A stretch of DNA of 63,119 nt, filler included, from Reticulomyxa filosa (taxonomy: Eukaryota > Protista > Foraminifera), in assembly GCA_000512085.1 (NCBI GenBank). It is 17 parts of 17 records of this genome, joined end to end, with 100 filler letters (N's around TTAATTAATTAA, not from the genome) between each part and the next. Parts side by side here need not be neighbours in the genome. Positions count along the whole stretch, not along the records: positions 1,413 to 13,585 come from ASPP01007507.1; positions 13,686 to 15,348 come from ASPP01022911.1; positions 15,449 to 20,201 come from ASPP01012164.1; positions 20,302 to 25,889 come from ASPP01004791.1; 13 more parts are not named here. The stretch is one strand, 5' to 3'. Each line of letters opens with the position of its first letter. Position 1 is the first letter of the stretch. A program made the position numbers and the translations under genes. Of this stretch, positions 12,432 through 25,989 are shown piece by piece. A model generated the notes under the pieces. It ran no database searches. It was not told where the DNA came from and was given only the letters and a program-made list of their open reading frames with translations.

Positions 12432-13429
12432 TCACTTTGGAATAAAAGTGCTAATTTTTTCTTCGCCATAGCTGTCTCTGTCCACCACTTGACTATAATG
12501 AAAGCGAGAGAAGCTATTTGAATATAATGTTATTGCAGTTTGGACAAACAAACAATTCCAATCTTGACGAATATAAATACAATAAAAAGACAAATTTTTT
12601 TTTTTTGCATTGCAAACAAGGATGGGAAGAGTGATTTCAAACCTGTTGATAACAAAACCAAAAGTTTCATTTCCGGCCTTGTCCAATTGTGTCCATAGCT
12701 CTTTGACATCTTTGGCGGTTTGGTTTTCGCAAATGTAAAGATAACTCACTTGCAACGCCCGATACACTTTTGCCGAGATATTTATTTGCAGCGTCGCTAC
12801 AAAAAAAAAAAAAAAAGGTTATATATACATATATATATTAAAGAAACACAAAAACAATAAAAAAAAAATATATATGTGTATGTATATAAATAAAAAATAA
12901 TAAAAAGTTAGCATAACCTGAATGCGTATCCACATATTTTTCAAAGATGTGTTTAAAGACATGGACAGCAGTGGCGATATCTTGTTCGGAAGGCCCGGAC
13001 AAAGCATTTCTCGACATTTTGTTTCGGCAGAGTGGAGAGATCATCTCCACCATGACGAAGAGAGTCAACGGTGGAGGGACTGTCGCCGATCTGACTTCGG
13101 CTCATTTCCGTGGTATTTTTCCGTGCGTTGTTGCTGTATTTGTTGTCGTCGTTATTATTGCTATGATTGGAGGTTGAGACGACGGAGGAGGAGGAGACGG
13201 GGTGGACTGTATCTGTTCCTCTTTCCATTTGTGGCTATTGTCGGCAGTGATGACCCCTCCTTTTCTTTCACAACATTTTTCACCAATGTCGCCGGCGGTT
13301 CGTCTGTGCTGTTCAATCCTCCTCCATGCTCACTTTCCATCGCCGTCATTTTGGGGCTCTCACTTGTCTTCAACGCCGTTAGATTGCCATTCGCATTCGC
13401 GCTCATTTCACCATGGGGTCCTGACGAAA
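12432..13429 (-). CDS. RGS (regulator of G-protein signalling) domain protein, 3' part
   Basis: HIFEKYVDTHS|ATLQINISAKVY...LYSNSFSRF matches the RGS C-terminal helices (I..KY.....INI...SF.RF), preceded by a low-complexity insert. The exon structure is only partly resolved. Confidence 0.6.
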
Positions 13430-14738
13430 CTTTTTTTTTTTTGCATGTGCCCCCCCCCACGCATACATAAACTTCAACTTTTGAATGATGACAATAATAT
13501 ATAATTGTATATGTTATATACGTACATTTATAACACATAACAAAAAAAAAAAAAAAAAAAAAAAAAAATAAAAAAAAAATTTTTTNNNNNNNNNNNNNNN
13601 NNNNNNNNNNNNNNNNNNNNNNNNNNNNNTTAATTAATTAANNNNNNNNNNNNNNNNNNNNNNNNNNNNNNNNNNNNNNNNNNNNATGCGCGCAAGTGGA
13701 AGTTCATGCCGACACGCAGCTATCGCAACAACGAGCAGGTGTGGATCGACGACAAACTCTACTTGCTCGCTCGCTCGCCGAACATGCAGCCCCTGAGTGG
13801 TTGACACGAGCGTGTCTATCATCTACCGATAGCTTATATTTGTAACACGATTGGAATGGATACTATGATCAGACTAGAGAAATTAGAAAAGAGATATCAG
13901 AAATTGTTTATCACAATAATGAATCAAAACAATTATTAAAAGAAATAAATGATAATTGCAAGGATGCTCCATTTAATGACAAGATTATGGCAACAATGTA
14001 AGGGGCGACGGAACAACAGTTATATAAGAAGAGATTAAAAAGGGATTTGTGGACGTCGTCGAAGTCGAAACAGGCAGACAAAGTTAACATGCAAAAAAGT
14101 ATTATGGACTAAATGAAGTGTAGGAAACACACACATTTCGCAATACCTTTGGTGTTGTGTGAGTATGACTTATCACGCGCAAATCACATAATAAGCGTGC
14201 CCGATATGTTCATTGGAGAACCCGAACATGCCTATGTACTGTCGAAGAAGTCCAAGTATGCGTAAGACTCTTATATTTGTTACAAAGCGCTTTGTTTGAC
14301 CAATGATAACAAAAGCAAAGCCATTCAATGATTTTCCACAAATCGAGAACAACCAGAGACATTTTGCCTTTGACTGGTTACATCGTCGTCAAGGAACTCA
14401 ATGAAAACATGTTTACCAATTGCTTGTTTTATTGCAGTGGACATCAGCTGGACGTACTCATTCCACCGCATATCCAACCTTGGAATTCATCCGATAAATA
14501 CGTCGATCGTGTTTACAGATACAAAATGTTATATTGATAGATCAAGTACATACAGTAGTGAAAATGTGAATGTAACTGTAATTCTAACTGTAAATATAAC
14601 AATGAATGCAAATAAAAAAAATAATAATAATACAAATTTTAGAATTATTTAAATTAGCTGATGAACATAAAAGATTATGTCAAAGACAAATCGTAAAAGG
14701 TGCTTATAGAAAAAGTATTACACTTGATAGATTATTAA

Positions 14739-15060
14739 ATGAATGTGGATATTAACAGTAAAGATAAAGTAGACATTTTTCTTTGTCAGTTTTGCAACAA
14801 AGCTGCAAACAATACAATTGAAATTTTTGTACAATACAAAGACAGTAAACCATTAGTTTCTGGAGAAAGTTGTCTTATACAAGTTATCAAAAATAATAAT
14901 ACAATTTGTCATAATGGTTGCAGTTATCTTAAATCAAAACATTGACATATATGATTGATATAATTCAAACTTGTATTAAGAAAGAAATAAAGATTGATTT
15001 AGAAATCATATATAATACATGCATTTCCAAAAAATGAAGCGTATATTGTACAAATTTATA
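14739..15060 (+). pseudogene. Decayed RING/TRAF-type zinc-finger gene (N-terminus of an expanded family)
   Basis: FLCQFCNKAANNTIEI...PLVSGESCLIQVIKNNNTICHNGCSY, followed by stops and frameshifts. Confidence 0.5.
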
Positions 15061-15485
15061 ATAATGAAGACAAATTTATTATTTAATAGCATAATGCTCC
15101 ATTACATTTAGATAATGAAAAATTAAAACGATGTGAATTACATTTTAGATATATAGTATATGGAAAATGCTGTCTATATAATAAATATATTATATAATGT
15201 TATATAATAACATTGAATGGACATCTAGATGTGGTGAACGATGCAAAATATTTTTCAGACTGTCGAACCGTTGTATTATTGTTGTTTTTTCATTTTTTTT
15301 TTGTTAATTAATAATCAGTTTGATATCAACATCAACTTGATTTAATTTNNNNNNNNNNNNNNNNNNNNNNNNNNNNNNNNNNNNNNNNNNNNTTAATTAA
15401 TTAANNNNNNNNNNNNNNNNNNNNNNNNNNNNNNNNNNNNNNNNNNNNCATAGACTCCATGGCTCTCAATATCTTTTTTTCGTAC

Positions 15486-15525
<40 letters not shown>

Positions 15526-15527
<2 letters not shown>

Positions 15528-16118
15528 GGGTCGAAAAAAGATGAGAAAATAGACAAGTCCGTATACGTGGAAGAAAAAAGAAATGGGATAAAGATAGTGT
15601 ATGGGTGGTATGAACCACTAACGGAACTGGAAAAAAGACAGCTTTGTTGGGATTGGAAACGCGGGTGTAAGCGTGGCTCAGAGTGCAATTGGAGACATTG
15701 GGACGAGCAATACAAACGGGATATGCTCACTCGATGGCGACCAACTGGGTTTTTTTTCCACAGTGATACATCCGTTAATTCAAAAAGTGAATTTCCATCA
15801 CGACACTATCCGCCAACGCAAAATGCTTCCATATCTGATGAACCATATAGTACCAAACGCAGACCCTATTCGATGAAAAAATCACCATTTGGCAAATCCA
15901 AATATTCCCACTCTTCGCAACAAATCCCGCAAAACACACGTCCCGTTTTGAACAACCAATCTGATGAAACCCAAAATGTTGAACTGATGAAAAGTGTGAT
16001 CACTCAGGTCCATTCTTCTTTAAAACAAATGACCAAACATGAGTCCTCTGAAGCTGATATGGATAAAATTTTTCAACTATTTGAACCCATAAGCTTTGTT
16101 TTACAGGACACGGCTTGA
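15526..16118 (+). CDS. CCCH zinc-finger protein, last exon
   Basis: LCWDWKRGCKRGSECNWRH is a C-x7-C-x5-C-x3-H-like finger. The exon follows an A-tract acceptor at 15525. Confidence 0.65.
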
Positions 16119-16612
16119 TACGATCAATCCTTGTCTTTTTTTTTTTTTTTTTTTCTTTTAATCTCCTTTGACTGTTAAAGCAAATTCATCTCTTTGTTTC
16201 ATTTGGGATTTTTCAAAACCAGGTTTTTTGATAGGTTGGGTATATTTGGAGTGATTTGACGAAATTCATCTGGTCCCAAAAAAAAAAAAAAAAAAAAGAG
16301 TTCATCCAAATATGCTAGTCGTGCTATGATGTTTAATTTTGCATTTCTGTTTTTTCACTTTTTTACTTTGATTGGAATTTAAGCTTTAAATTTGCCAAAT
16401 AAATACCTTTTTAAAACACTTTTTAGGTTCTTTCTTCTATGGCGTGACATTGTTATCTTTTTTTTACTCCAAGACGTTTATTGTGATCCTTGTCGGTGCA
16501 ATGTTTATCCAATTTTAATTTTTCTTTTGGAGAGTGTAACAAGCAAGCTTACGTTTCAAAAAAGAGGAACTTTTTTTTTTGCCCTCTTCCTTTTTATGTT
16601 TATGGAATTAAA

Positions 16613-18008
16613 ATGACAAAACCTTCAGATTTGGTGGACTGGGGACTATATTTCCCCGAAAAGGCTGATGCAGTAGAAGATAATAGAGTGATGACCATAA
16701 AAGCGTTTGCACAGTTTTTCAAAACGTTTGAAGAAAAATATGTGCTAAGAGCACGCAACGAAATTTTGAGAGATCACCGGTGCACAATTGACTGGTCAAT
16801 CTTAAGACAAGATGTGAACAATGACGAAAGGCTGAATGCAGTGAAGATTGAGAATTTTTTGTACGAAATGCCTAACACATTGTTACCAATTCTGTCAATT
16901 GCAATACATCAAGTTAGGAATGTGTTGTTTGTTGAACGAGATGTAATTGTAAAAAGTGTGTATGTCCATGGTGGTTGTCCAAAGATACAGAACTAATCCA
17001 AAAAAAAAAAAAAAAAAAAAACAAAAAAAAAACGTTCGTACCAGGTATTTTTCGGGAACAATAATTTATTCAAAGACAGCACAAATGAGAGTGAATTGAA
17101 AGAAGATGTGAGCAACAACTCGTCATTGTTGTTGAGAGGGACACTGAACGATTTGAGCGAATTTGAGTACGCAGACGTGATGCGATTCAAGATAAACGTG
17201 CGAATCGTGCGATTTGAATCGATGACGTCATTAAAGAAGTTGAAATCGCACAGCGTGCAAAGATTTGTGTGTATCCGTGGCAACGTGATCCGAGCGACGG
17301 ACGTGAAGCCATTTGTGACATCGATGGAGTTTGAGTGTCGAAGTTGTAAAGCGCGAGGACGTTACTACTTTAACGATGGAAAGTTCCAAACGCCCAAGTC
17401 GTGTCCAAGCACAGGCAGCAATGGAGGAGGAGGGAGGAGGGAGGAGGAGGAGGCAATGGAAAAAAATGTAACAAAGGAAATACGCCATTGTACGAAACAA
17501 GCAATTGCGTAGATTTTCAACGCATTCGCGTGCAAGAAGTGCGCGAAGAGAAGAACGAGGGACGAGTGCCACGAGTGATTGACATCGAACTGACAGAAGA
17601 CCTGGTCGACAGTTGCGTGCCGGGAGACGTGGTAACAGTGTGTGGGATTGTAAAGTCGATCAAGTCGGAAGGCAGCTTTAATCGCGGTTCAAAAAATTGT
17701 CGGGCCAATCGCAAAATATTTTGCTCACTTTGTACATCCACGCCAACTCCATCGAAAATAGCAAAAACAAGTCGCTCAGCAGCAGCAATGAAAATGAAAA
17801 TATGAGCAAATTGGGCTGTTATGACTTTAGCGAAAAGGACTTTCTGTTTATCAATGCCCTGGTCAAACAGGAAAAAAACTTGTTGAAACTGTTGGTCAAT
17901 AGCATTTGTCCAAGCATTTATGGACACGAAATTGTCAAAATGGGATTGCTGCTCGTTCTAATGGGTGGAAATGCTAAACATAATGGCAACAATAATAGCA
18001 ATAACAAA

Positions 18009-18054
<46 letters not shown>

Positions 18055-18686
18055 GTAATGATAATAACAATAATAATAATAATAACGATAACAATAAGTC
18101 GGCCTCTGGATCAGATAATCGCAGAGGCAATATTCGTGGTGATATACATATGCTCATTTGTGGCGAACCGGGCTTAGGTAAGTCTCAGATGCTTCGCTTT
18201 GTCAGCAAAATTGCCCCTCGCGGCGTATACGTGAGTGGCAACACCACGAGCATTAGTGGACTGACCGTGACTGTCACTCGTGAAGAACGAGATCACACTT
18301 TGGAGGCCGGCGCGCTTGTAATGTCCGATCAGGGCATTTGCTGCATTGACGAGTTCGATAAAATGGACAAAAAACATCATTGCGCACTGCTCGAAGCCAT
18401 GGAACAACAGAGTATTTCCATCGCCAAATCGGGGCATGTTTGCACACTGCATGCGCGCACCAGTCTCATCGCCGCTGCCAATCCCGTCGGTGGGCATTAC
18501 GACAAAACCAAAACTGTTGCCGAAAATATCAAAATGAACAGTGCTTTGTTGAGTCGATTTGACTTGCTCTTCTTAGTATTGGACAAACCCGATCCGTTTA
18601 ATGACTATTTCTTGTCCAAACATGTGATGGATTTGCATAGCAACAAACAATATAAACCAAATGGTACTAATAACAATAACAATAAC

Positions 18687-18719
<33 letters not shown>

Positions 18720-19484
18720 TGCACACCTTTGGTGCCAAAATTTCGAGATATTGATCAATTGCCAACTCCGCATAAAAATCGTAATTCAAACAATAACACC
18801 AACATTTCTGATGATAAGGGCGAACAGCCCAAACCGACACTGCGCGAAAAATTGCAGTTGAATTGGGATGAGATAAAAGGATTGAATGGCAAAGACAAAT
18901 TTGAATTTATTCCAGAAAGATTGCTAAAAAAGTTTATCGTTTATGGAAGAAAGTATATTGAACCTCGTTTGACTAATGAAGCCAAACAAGTACTGTTAGA
19001 CTTTTATTTAACTTTACGACGAAGCCATCAAAGAGTTGACAGCACTCCTATGACCACGAGACAGCTGGAATCATTAATTCGATTGGCTGAAGCGCGCGCA
19101 AAATGCGAAATGCGCTTAGTTGTCACAGTGAGCGATGCGGAAGATGTCGTAGATTTGATGAGAGAATCTTTATATGATGTCATGTCCAATGAATTTGGAA
19201 ATGTGGTTTTTGAAAGACCTTTGCACAGCAATTTCAGTAAACCTAAACAAATCAAACGACTTAAACAATTGTTACACGGACTCTGTGAAAAGACCAAAAA
19301 TGCTGTGTATCATATCAATGAATTGAAGCAACATTTCAGCCAATGGGGAATTATCGGACAAGAAATTGATTATTATCTTGGTTTATTAAATGATCAAGGC
19401 TTTTTGCTCCAAAAGAATGTAAATCATTTTCAAGTTCAATCCAGCGATTTTTCTCAATATTCACAAAAATTGGAAAACAATTAA
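16613..19484 (+). CDS. MCM8: DNA helicase MCM8
   Basis: Zn finger FECRSC; DFQRIRVQE..GRVPRVIDIELTEDLVDSCVPGD; SICPSIYGHEIVK; Walker A GEPGLGKSQML; Walker B IDEFDKM; arginine finger LLSRFD; PMTTRQLESLIRLAEARAK. One intron from 16913. Frameshifts near 17430-17441 (GGA repeat) and 17691-17696 (A run). Confidence 0.9.
17982..18095 (+). repeat. (AAT/AAC)n coding microsatellite (poly-Asn) in MCM8; second tract at about 18669-18720
   Basis: Direct trinucleotide repeat, in frame. Confidence 0.9.
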
Positions 19485-19624
19485 ACTTATTGTACTAAGC
19501 AATTCTTTTTTATGTTTGCAATAATTCGTTTAAATTCAGCTTTTTTTATGATTTTTTTCCTTCCATTTCTCTTTTTGAAAAAGAAAGATACATACTGATA
19601 CATTATTGAAAAAAAACTGGCACA

Positions 19625-19738
19625 TAAATGATACCCTTATGAAGAGAATAGATTTTTTCCATGAAATAAACACTTAACACTAATTTTTAAAAATACACAC
19701 AAATCTTGTAGTTTTAAAATATGAAATTGGTTTTATAA
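19625..19738 (+). repeat. Interspersed AT-rich repeat family B, diverged partial copy
   Basis: ccttatgaagagaatagattttttccatgaaa...ctaatttttaaaaatacacacaaatcttgtagttttaaaat resembles 20050-20163. Confidence 0.65.
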
Positions 19739-20012
19739 CTTTTTTCTGTGCTGATTAAAAAAAAGCGTTTTTTTTACATAAATCAAGCATGTATTGCCAA
19801 TGAAATCTTTAAATCTGTTTGTTTCTTTTTTAGAATCTTCAAGTCAAATATTACTTTAAAAAAATTATTGTAGTGCTAAAAATTCAACATCAAAATTTAA
19901 CTTTTTTGAATTTAATTTTATTTGTATTTTGTTTTGTTATATGTGAATAAATTTCATTTTCATAATCTAAGCAATACACAATGTTCAACATATTATCTTT
20001 TAATATTTATTT

Positions 20013-20163
20013 ATACAGTAGAATGCAAAGTAAAGTTGACAACTAAAATGGCACCTTATAGAGATGATTGATTTTCTAAATGAAAAAACAACATTCAGAC
20101 CTAATTTTTTTAAAAAATATCTACAAATTGTGTAGTTTTTAAATAATTTTGGTTTTTTATTAA
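20013..20163 (+). repeat. Interspersed AT-rich repeat family B
   Basis: About 150 bp, colinear with the reverse complement of 55329-55479 (atacagta.aatgcaaa.taaagttga...ccttata.agatgattgattttct..atgaaaaaac...gtgtagtttt...ggttttttattaa). Confidence 0.85.
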
Positions 20164-22504
20164 ATCTTTACTAATTATTTCAATATTTTATCCTTTATTT
20201 TNNNNNNNNNNNNNNNNNNNNNNNNNNNNNNNNNNNNNNNNNNNNTTAATTAATTAANNNNNNNNNNNNNNNNNNNNNNNNNNNNNNNNNNNNNNNNNNN
20301 NATTGGTAAAGGAAGTAAAGGTTCAAAGCGATTATCACTAGCTAGGATCATGCTTTGCTCTACTTTGGTGTCACTTGAATCCATTCATAAATGAATGTTA
20401 GTCACTATGCTAATCTATGATGAAATTATTATCGTTAAGCAGATAGTTTTTTTTGTTGAAAGGGTTAGCTTAGATTTTTTAAAAGGAGAGCAAAAAAAGA
20501 AAGTTTACGTTTTCGTTTTTCTCGTGTTCATGAAATTTTCCATTCTTTTTAATCACTTTCAAAAATATCTTGCGAAATTTTCATTTATTATTCATATTCC
20601 CACATTATTGAAAAACAAAATTAAATATTTGGAACTCCTAATTTAATATTCAATATTCGAACACAACGTTGAACAACTAACTTGGTGTCGTCCATTTTTT
20701 GAATTTCTTTTCCAATCTTTCATACTATAATCTAATTGTATTTTTCAATTCTACGCCGTTACTATCAAGTTTTGTGTTTATGCCAATGTTATCATTTTGG
20801 ATTGCCATTCTAGATTTTATTTTTTTTCATTAACTGTTCGAATTGTATTTTAATATATTAACTTACCATGTCTATACAAACATCCGGTATTGACATTCTA
20901 ATGTGTCATCAGAACGTACATGTTCAACCTTTTGCGTAATAAGCTTCTGAGCAAAATGAAATTATGATGAATTTTTGCAACTACTCAAAAAATTTTTTTA
21001 AAAAGCTTTTTTAAATTATGTCTCATAAAGTTAATTTTAATATATATTGGCTGTCATAAAACTTCTTGCATGTTCAATATTAAGTGCTATAGAATCTTTT
21101 GTTGACAATTTACTAAATGTGTTTAATATTATAAATTAACAACATATAGATTCACATTTGTCCACAATTGCTTTTATTTTCACAATTTCTGTTTCCAAAT
21201 AGACAAACTGTATTATATCTTACTGTCACTTTGTATAATCATAGTATTGTAAGTGTAACTACTTTGATATTGTAACTTTACTTGTGATTTCTTTATCGTG
21301 ATATACTTTTACATATTTTTGAAATACTTTTTTGTTAACTGTAAAACGATTAGTACTGAATTTTGTGTAGTTATCTTATATCTTCATTAATACTAGTATT
21401 TTAATCTTTTGTTGTTGATCTTCTATTTCGTGATTGTACTTAATCTTCGAATCTGTTTTATAAGTACAAACACTTATGTTTCTTACAACGTTGTTGATTT
21501 TTATTCATAGACCAATTTGCCTAATATTCACTAACAAATTTAACAATATTTCAATTAGTTTTTCGTCTGAAGTTTTCAACTCATACTTGCATTCAGCATC
21601 ATATTCTAATTACAACTTTGCTTTGCGCTAACGTAACAGAATATCAACTTGTACATAATCACTTTTTGCAACAAGTTGTTGTTCGTTCAGCAACATGATA
21701 TTTTCCTCCAAACATTGTACATAATGGCGTTTGTAGATATAGATTTCAATTGAAAATTTGTCAAACATATTTTACCAATACATTGCTAACTTCACTACAA
21801 TGCAAGCTTAATCGTCCATTCGATAATCTCTATTATCATTACCTCTTGATTTCACTACATGTGATCTTTCTATCGTTGTTGTTGTGGCGCGAGGTTGTCA
21901 GTCTCTGACTTGATGTTAATATCACCAATACATTTGGCTAACATTAAACTTCTACTCGTGCAGTTGCAACTTCCGTAATAATGTTTGATATGTCATTACA
22001 ACATAGACAATTGTCTGAACAAAATTTTTATCAAGTGTTTGTTCGTTGCCACATTTAGTGCTATATCATTAATATCATTACTTTTTCCACTGAAACTTAA
22101 ATTTACATTTAACATATACAACAATTTTGATTCTACAATTGGTTGTCCTTTATTAGTTCTACTAAATCTATTAACTTTTGCATAAATACTTTCGGACTTA
22201 CCTTTAATATCTCTTCGTCACTTGGTAGCATTATAGCGTGTTGCCGTTCTTCTAATGTTTTATTTTTAAGTTAAGACTTTCCAGCAACACTTCAAAAATT
22301 TTTGATATTTCGCTGATTTTTGCAACTTTAGTCTACGTCTTAATGTTACTATGTGCTTATATCTTATTTTTTTCTTTTTGTAACAAAAACTTGACAAACA
22401 CTTTTAAAAACAGCATCAAAACAATTTTGTAATATCAAAATTTCAAAGATATTACTGATTTCTCAAAAAATAGCAATTTTTCTGAAATCATGTTTACAGA
22501 AGTT

Positions 22505-24780
22505 TCATAATGGTTCCCACACTCGAATAGTTCCGTCAATAGAAGATGACACAATAGTATTACCGTCAGGAGAAACATCAACTCCCGTAATAAAGTGAGA
22601 ATGCCCTTCAAGTTTTTGTATTTCCACACCTAATTGCACATCCCACAGTCGAATTGTATTATCTGCTGAACATGATACAATAGTTTGCCCATCAGGAAAG
22701 AGCTTTATATCAGTTACCTCATCAGAATGTCCAATGAGTTTTTTCACTTGTGTTCCTGTTGTCGCATCCCATACTCGAATTGTTTTATCGCTCGAGCAAG
22801 AGACAATAAGACATCCATTTGAAAGAAATTGTGCCCTTTTTATGCACTCAGAATGCCCTACCAATTCACTTAGTTTTCTACCAGTTTTAATATTCCAAAT
22901 TCTAACTATTTTGTCTGATACTGACACAACTAGTTGGCCATTCGGTGAAAAGTGTATATCGTTTATACCACCTAAAGTTCTTTTTATTGCCTTTGTCTGT
23001 CCGGTCTTTACATCCCATATTCGGATTGTTTCATCATCTGAACATGAGACTATACTTTTTCCATCTGGTGAAAATATGGCTTTTTTTACATCACTTGAAT
23101 GTCCCTCCAACTTTTTTATTTCTGAGCATGTTTTCACATCCCATAATCGAATTGTGTCATCAGCCGCACACGATACAAGAATTTTGCCATCTGGTGAAAA
23201 TTGCGCATCATTAACTTGATGTAAGTGTCCTTTCAGAGACTGAATTTCCTTTTTCAATGTTGTATCCCAGAATTGAATCATTTCGTCATATGCAATTGTT
23301 ACAATTTTAGCACCATCAGGTGAAAATTTTATATAGCTCACTCTGCCGGACTGTGCTTGCAGTACGCCTGCAGGTTTAAAATATTTCACCTGTTTTTTTT
23401 TTTTTTTTTTTGGTATGTTTACATGAAAAAAAAAAAACAACATCAAAACAAACCTACCATAATATAACGTAAAATGAGAATATTAAAATCCAAACTCCAT
23501 TTTATTTCTACAGATAACGACCGAATCCAATGTCGCATTATCACATCAACATTCTTTTTTTCTTCTTTTTTTTTTTTTGTATTTTTTTGCCTTTTTTTTT
23601 TTTCTTTTTACAAAACATCATCCAACTTAACTTTCAACTTTTGAATATCAAGACTATCTTTCATTTCTTCGATATCTTTGTACATTTCTTCTATATATCT
23701 TTTTTCTTCCTCTTCAATAATCCATTGTTTTTCTATTTCTCTTGCTCCTTTCATCCATTTTTTTACTCTCGTTTTCATATGTGTTGGCACCTCCTTATCT
23801 CCATCATAACCTCCAATAATATGTACACATTTCTTACTTTCGGTCAGTATTCCGACACAACCACTCAATGAAATAGGCAAATTTTGTTCAAATTTCATCC
23901 ATGCGTTTTCTGTTATTGAATATCTGTGCACTTCTCTTGAATTATTCCCTTCATCGCTATATTCTCCACCAAAAAAAAATATGCAATTTTTAACACATGC
24001 ATATCCATATGAAACACATTGTCTAATAGTTGTGCAAACACGCAATCTATGAAATTCAAATGCATTTTTCTCTTCATCATATTCGATCGATAATCCTGTA
24101 TTTTTGCAAAATAATAACATTGCATCTATTTTCATTTCTGACTGACTTTTTTTCGTATTTGCTACGAAGCAATGATACTTTATTTTGTTAGGGATATCAG
24201 TTGGTAAGGTGGCATTCGTTACATATTGAAATGTATCTAAATTGAATACATCAATGTGCTTGGGTGGATATGTGATGAACAATAAATGGTTATTTCTTCC
24301 ACCAATCACTGCACGCACTCCAGCATAATTATCTTCATATCTGCCAATACACATCGGTTTATTATTTTTATCCGTAAAAAAGATCCATTTATTAGGAATT
24401 ATTGGTCCAGATCCATTTTTATCTTTATAGTCCCAAACACTCACATATTTCATTATCAATGTATGTTTTTGCTTTTTGACTTGTCCACCAAAAGAGAACA
24501 ATGTAATGTCATTTGGATTTTCCTTTTTTACACGCTTCACTACACAATGGCCATACAGTTCAGCGTATTTTGGATAAGCACAAACAAACTTATATTGTTG
24601 TTTGAGTGCATGGTATGAATAACATGCCCTTTCTTTAGCACCTCCACAAATAATAATTTCGTTGTTGTGGACCACACATTGAGTATGTTGAAGTGGAATT
24701 GGCAAAGATGTTACCGTTTCAAAAGGGCTTGAGGTATTCATGTTTGCATTATTTTTAGTTCGGATTCCATTTGGATTCAT
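22505..24780 (-). CDS. Kelch-like propeller + helical linker + WD40 repeat protein, 3 exons
   Basis: Exon 1 has kelch-like blades (QCVVHNNEIIICGG, YGHCVV, FFFGG, HIIGG). The small exon at about 23458-23552 reads NVDVIMRHWIRSLSVEIKWSLDFNILILRYIM. Exon 3 has about 7 WD40 repeats (GH...FSPDG..IVSCS.D.TIR.WD). Confidence 0.9.
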
Positions 24781-25989
24781 TAAATGTTTTCACTGCTTAC
24801 GGTACAACACGAGATTTTAAAAAACTCTCTAAACGCAGAACAAGAACCATCTTTAAATGATTTTATATATTTTAAAGTCCTCTGTTGGTATTTTAATGCA
24901 TTTTTTTCTATGAAATTGTTTCAGATTTTGCGTTTGGAAAAAGTTACCATGAGTTGAATATATATTTCGAGATTGCGTAAACGTATATAAACTATTTAAA
25001 TATTGTCTTTGTTTGACGTTATTATCGATAATTTTGCAATTGGTATTATATTGCTTCATTTTCTGATATGTATAGTTTTATAAAATCGAACTTTGCATAA
25101 ATCATGTGCACATATGTTTTTATGTACATAGTCAAATTATATTATTTAACATATTAACGCCTTCTGACTATGCAACAGTTGAGTTGATATAATAAATCTG
25201 ATATTTATTATGTTAATAATAAAATTCGTAGTTTAAATACTTTTGTTTTATTTGTGTTGCAAAGTAAATAATATTATTTCATTAGCTATGTTTCTTGATT
25301 ATTAAAAAACCTGGTATATAGAAGTTTGCAAGTCAACACATCGTATTGAAAGTTCATACACATGTAGAAGCAAATTTACTACATTAAACATATAGCAACA
25401 TATGTTATAATTTGTATAATATAAAAATTTACATATTTTAAAAATACATTCAACATATAATTTACACTTTAGCAATGCATATATCCAGTTAGTGGTTAAC
25501 ATTGATATTATACAAAGTTTCACGCAATACATTTTTTTTTCCTATTTTCAAAAAAATTTTATGTGATGTAAAACAGCACGAAAAAATATGTGATCTTTTC
25601 ATGTTTAGCCGTTCTTATCTTACTTGAATAGAAAAAAGTTGCAAAATTAAACGAAAGCACAAAATTAAAACTTTTGGAATGGCTTTCCCTATTACAAACA
25701 TGAATTATTTCTGAAAAAATGCAAAATAAACAAAATAACATACACTATTGCACAAACATGAAAAAAAGTTTTCAAATCGATTTTATGCAAATAAGAGAAA
25801 AATGTATAACAAAAGAATTTAATTTGGGAAAAATGTTTAGAAACTTTTTTACAATTGTCACAATGGAACATGAAAGAAAAAAAAAAAAANNNNNNNNNNN
25901 NNNNNNNNNNNNNNNNNNNNNNNNNNNNNNNNNTTAATTAATTAANNNNNNNNNNNNNNNNNNNNNNNNNNNNNNNNNNNNNNNNNNNN

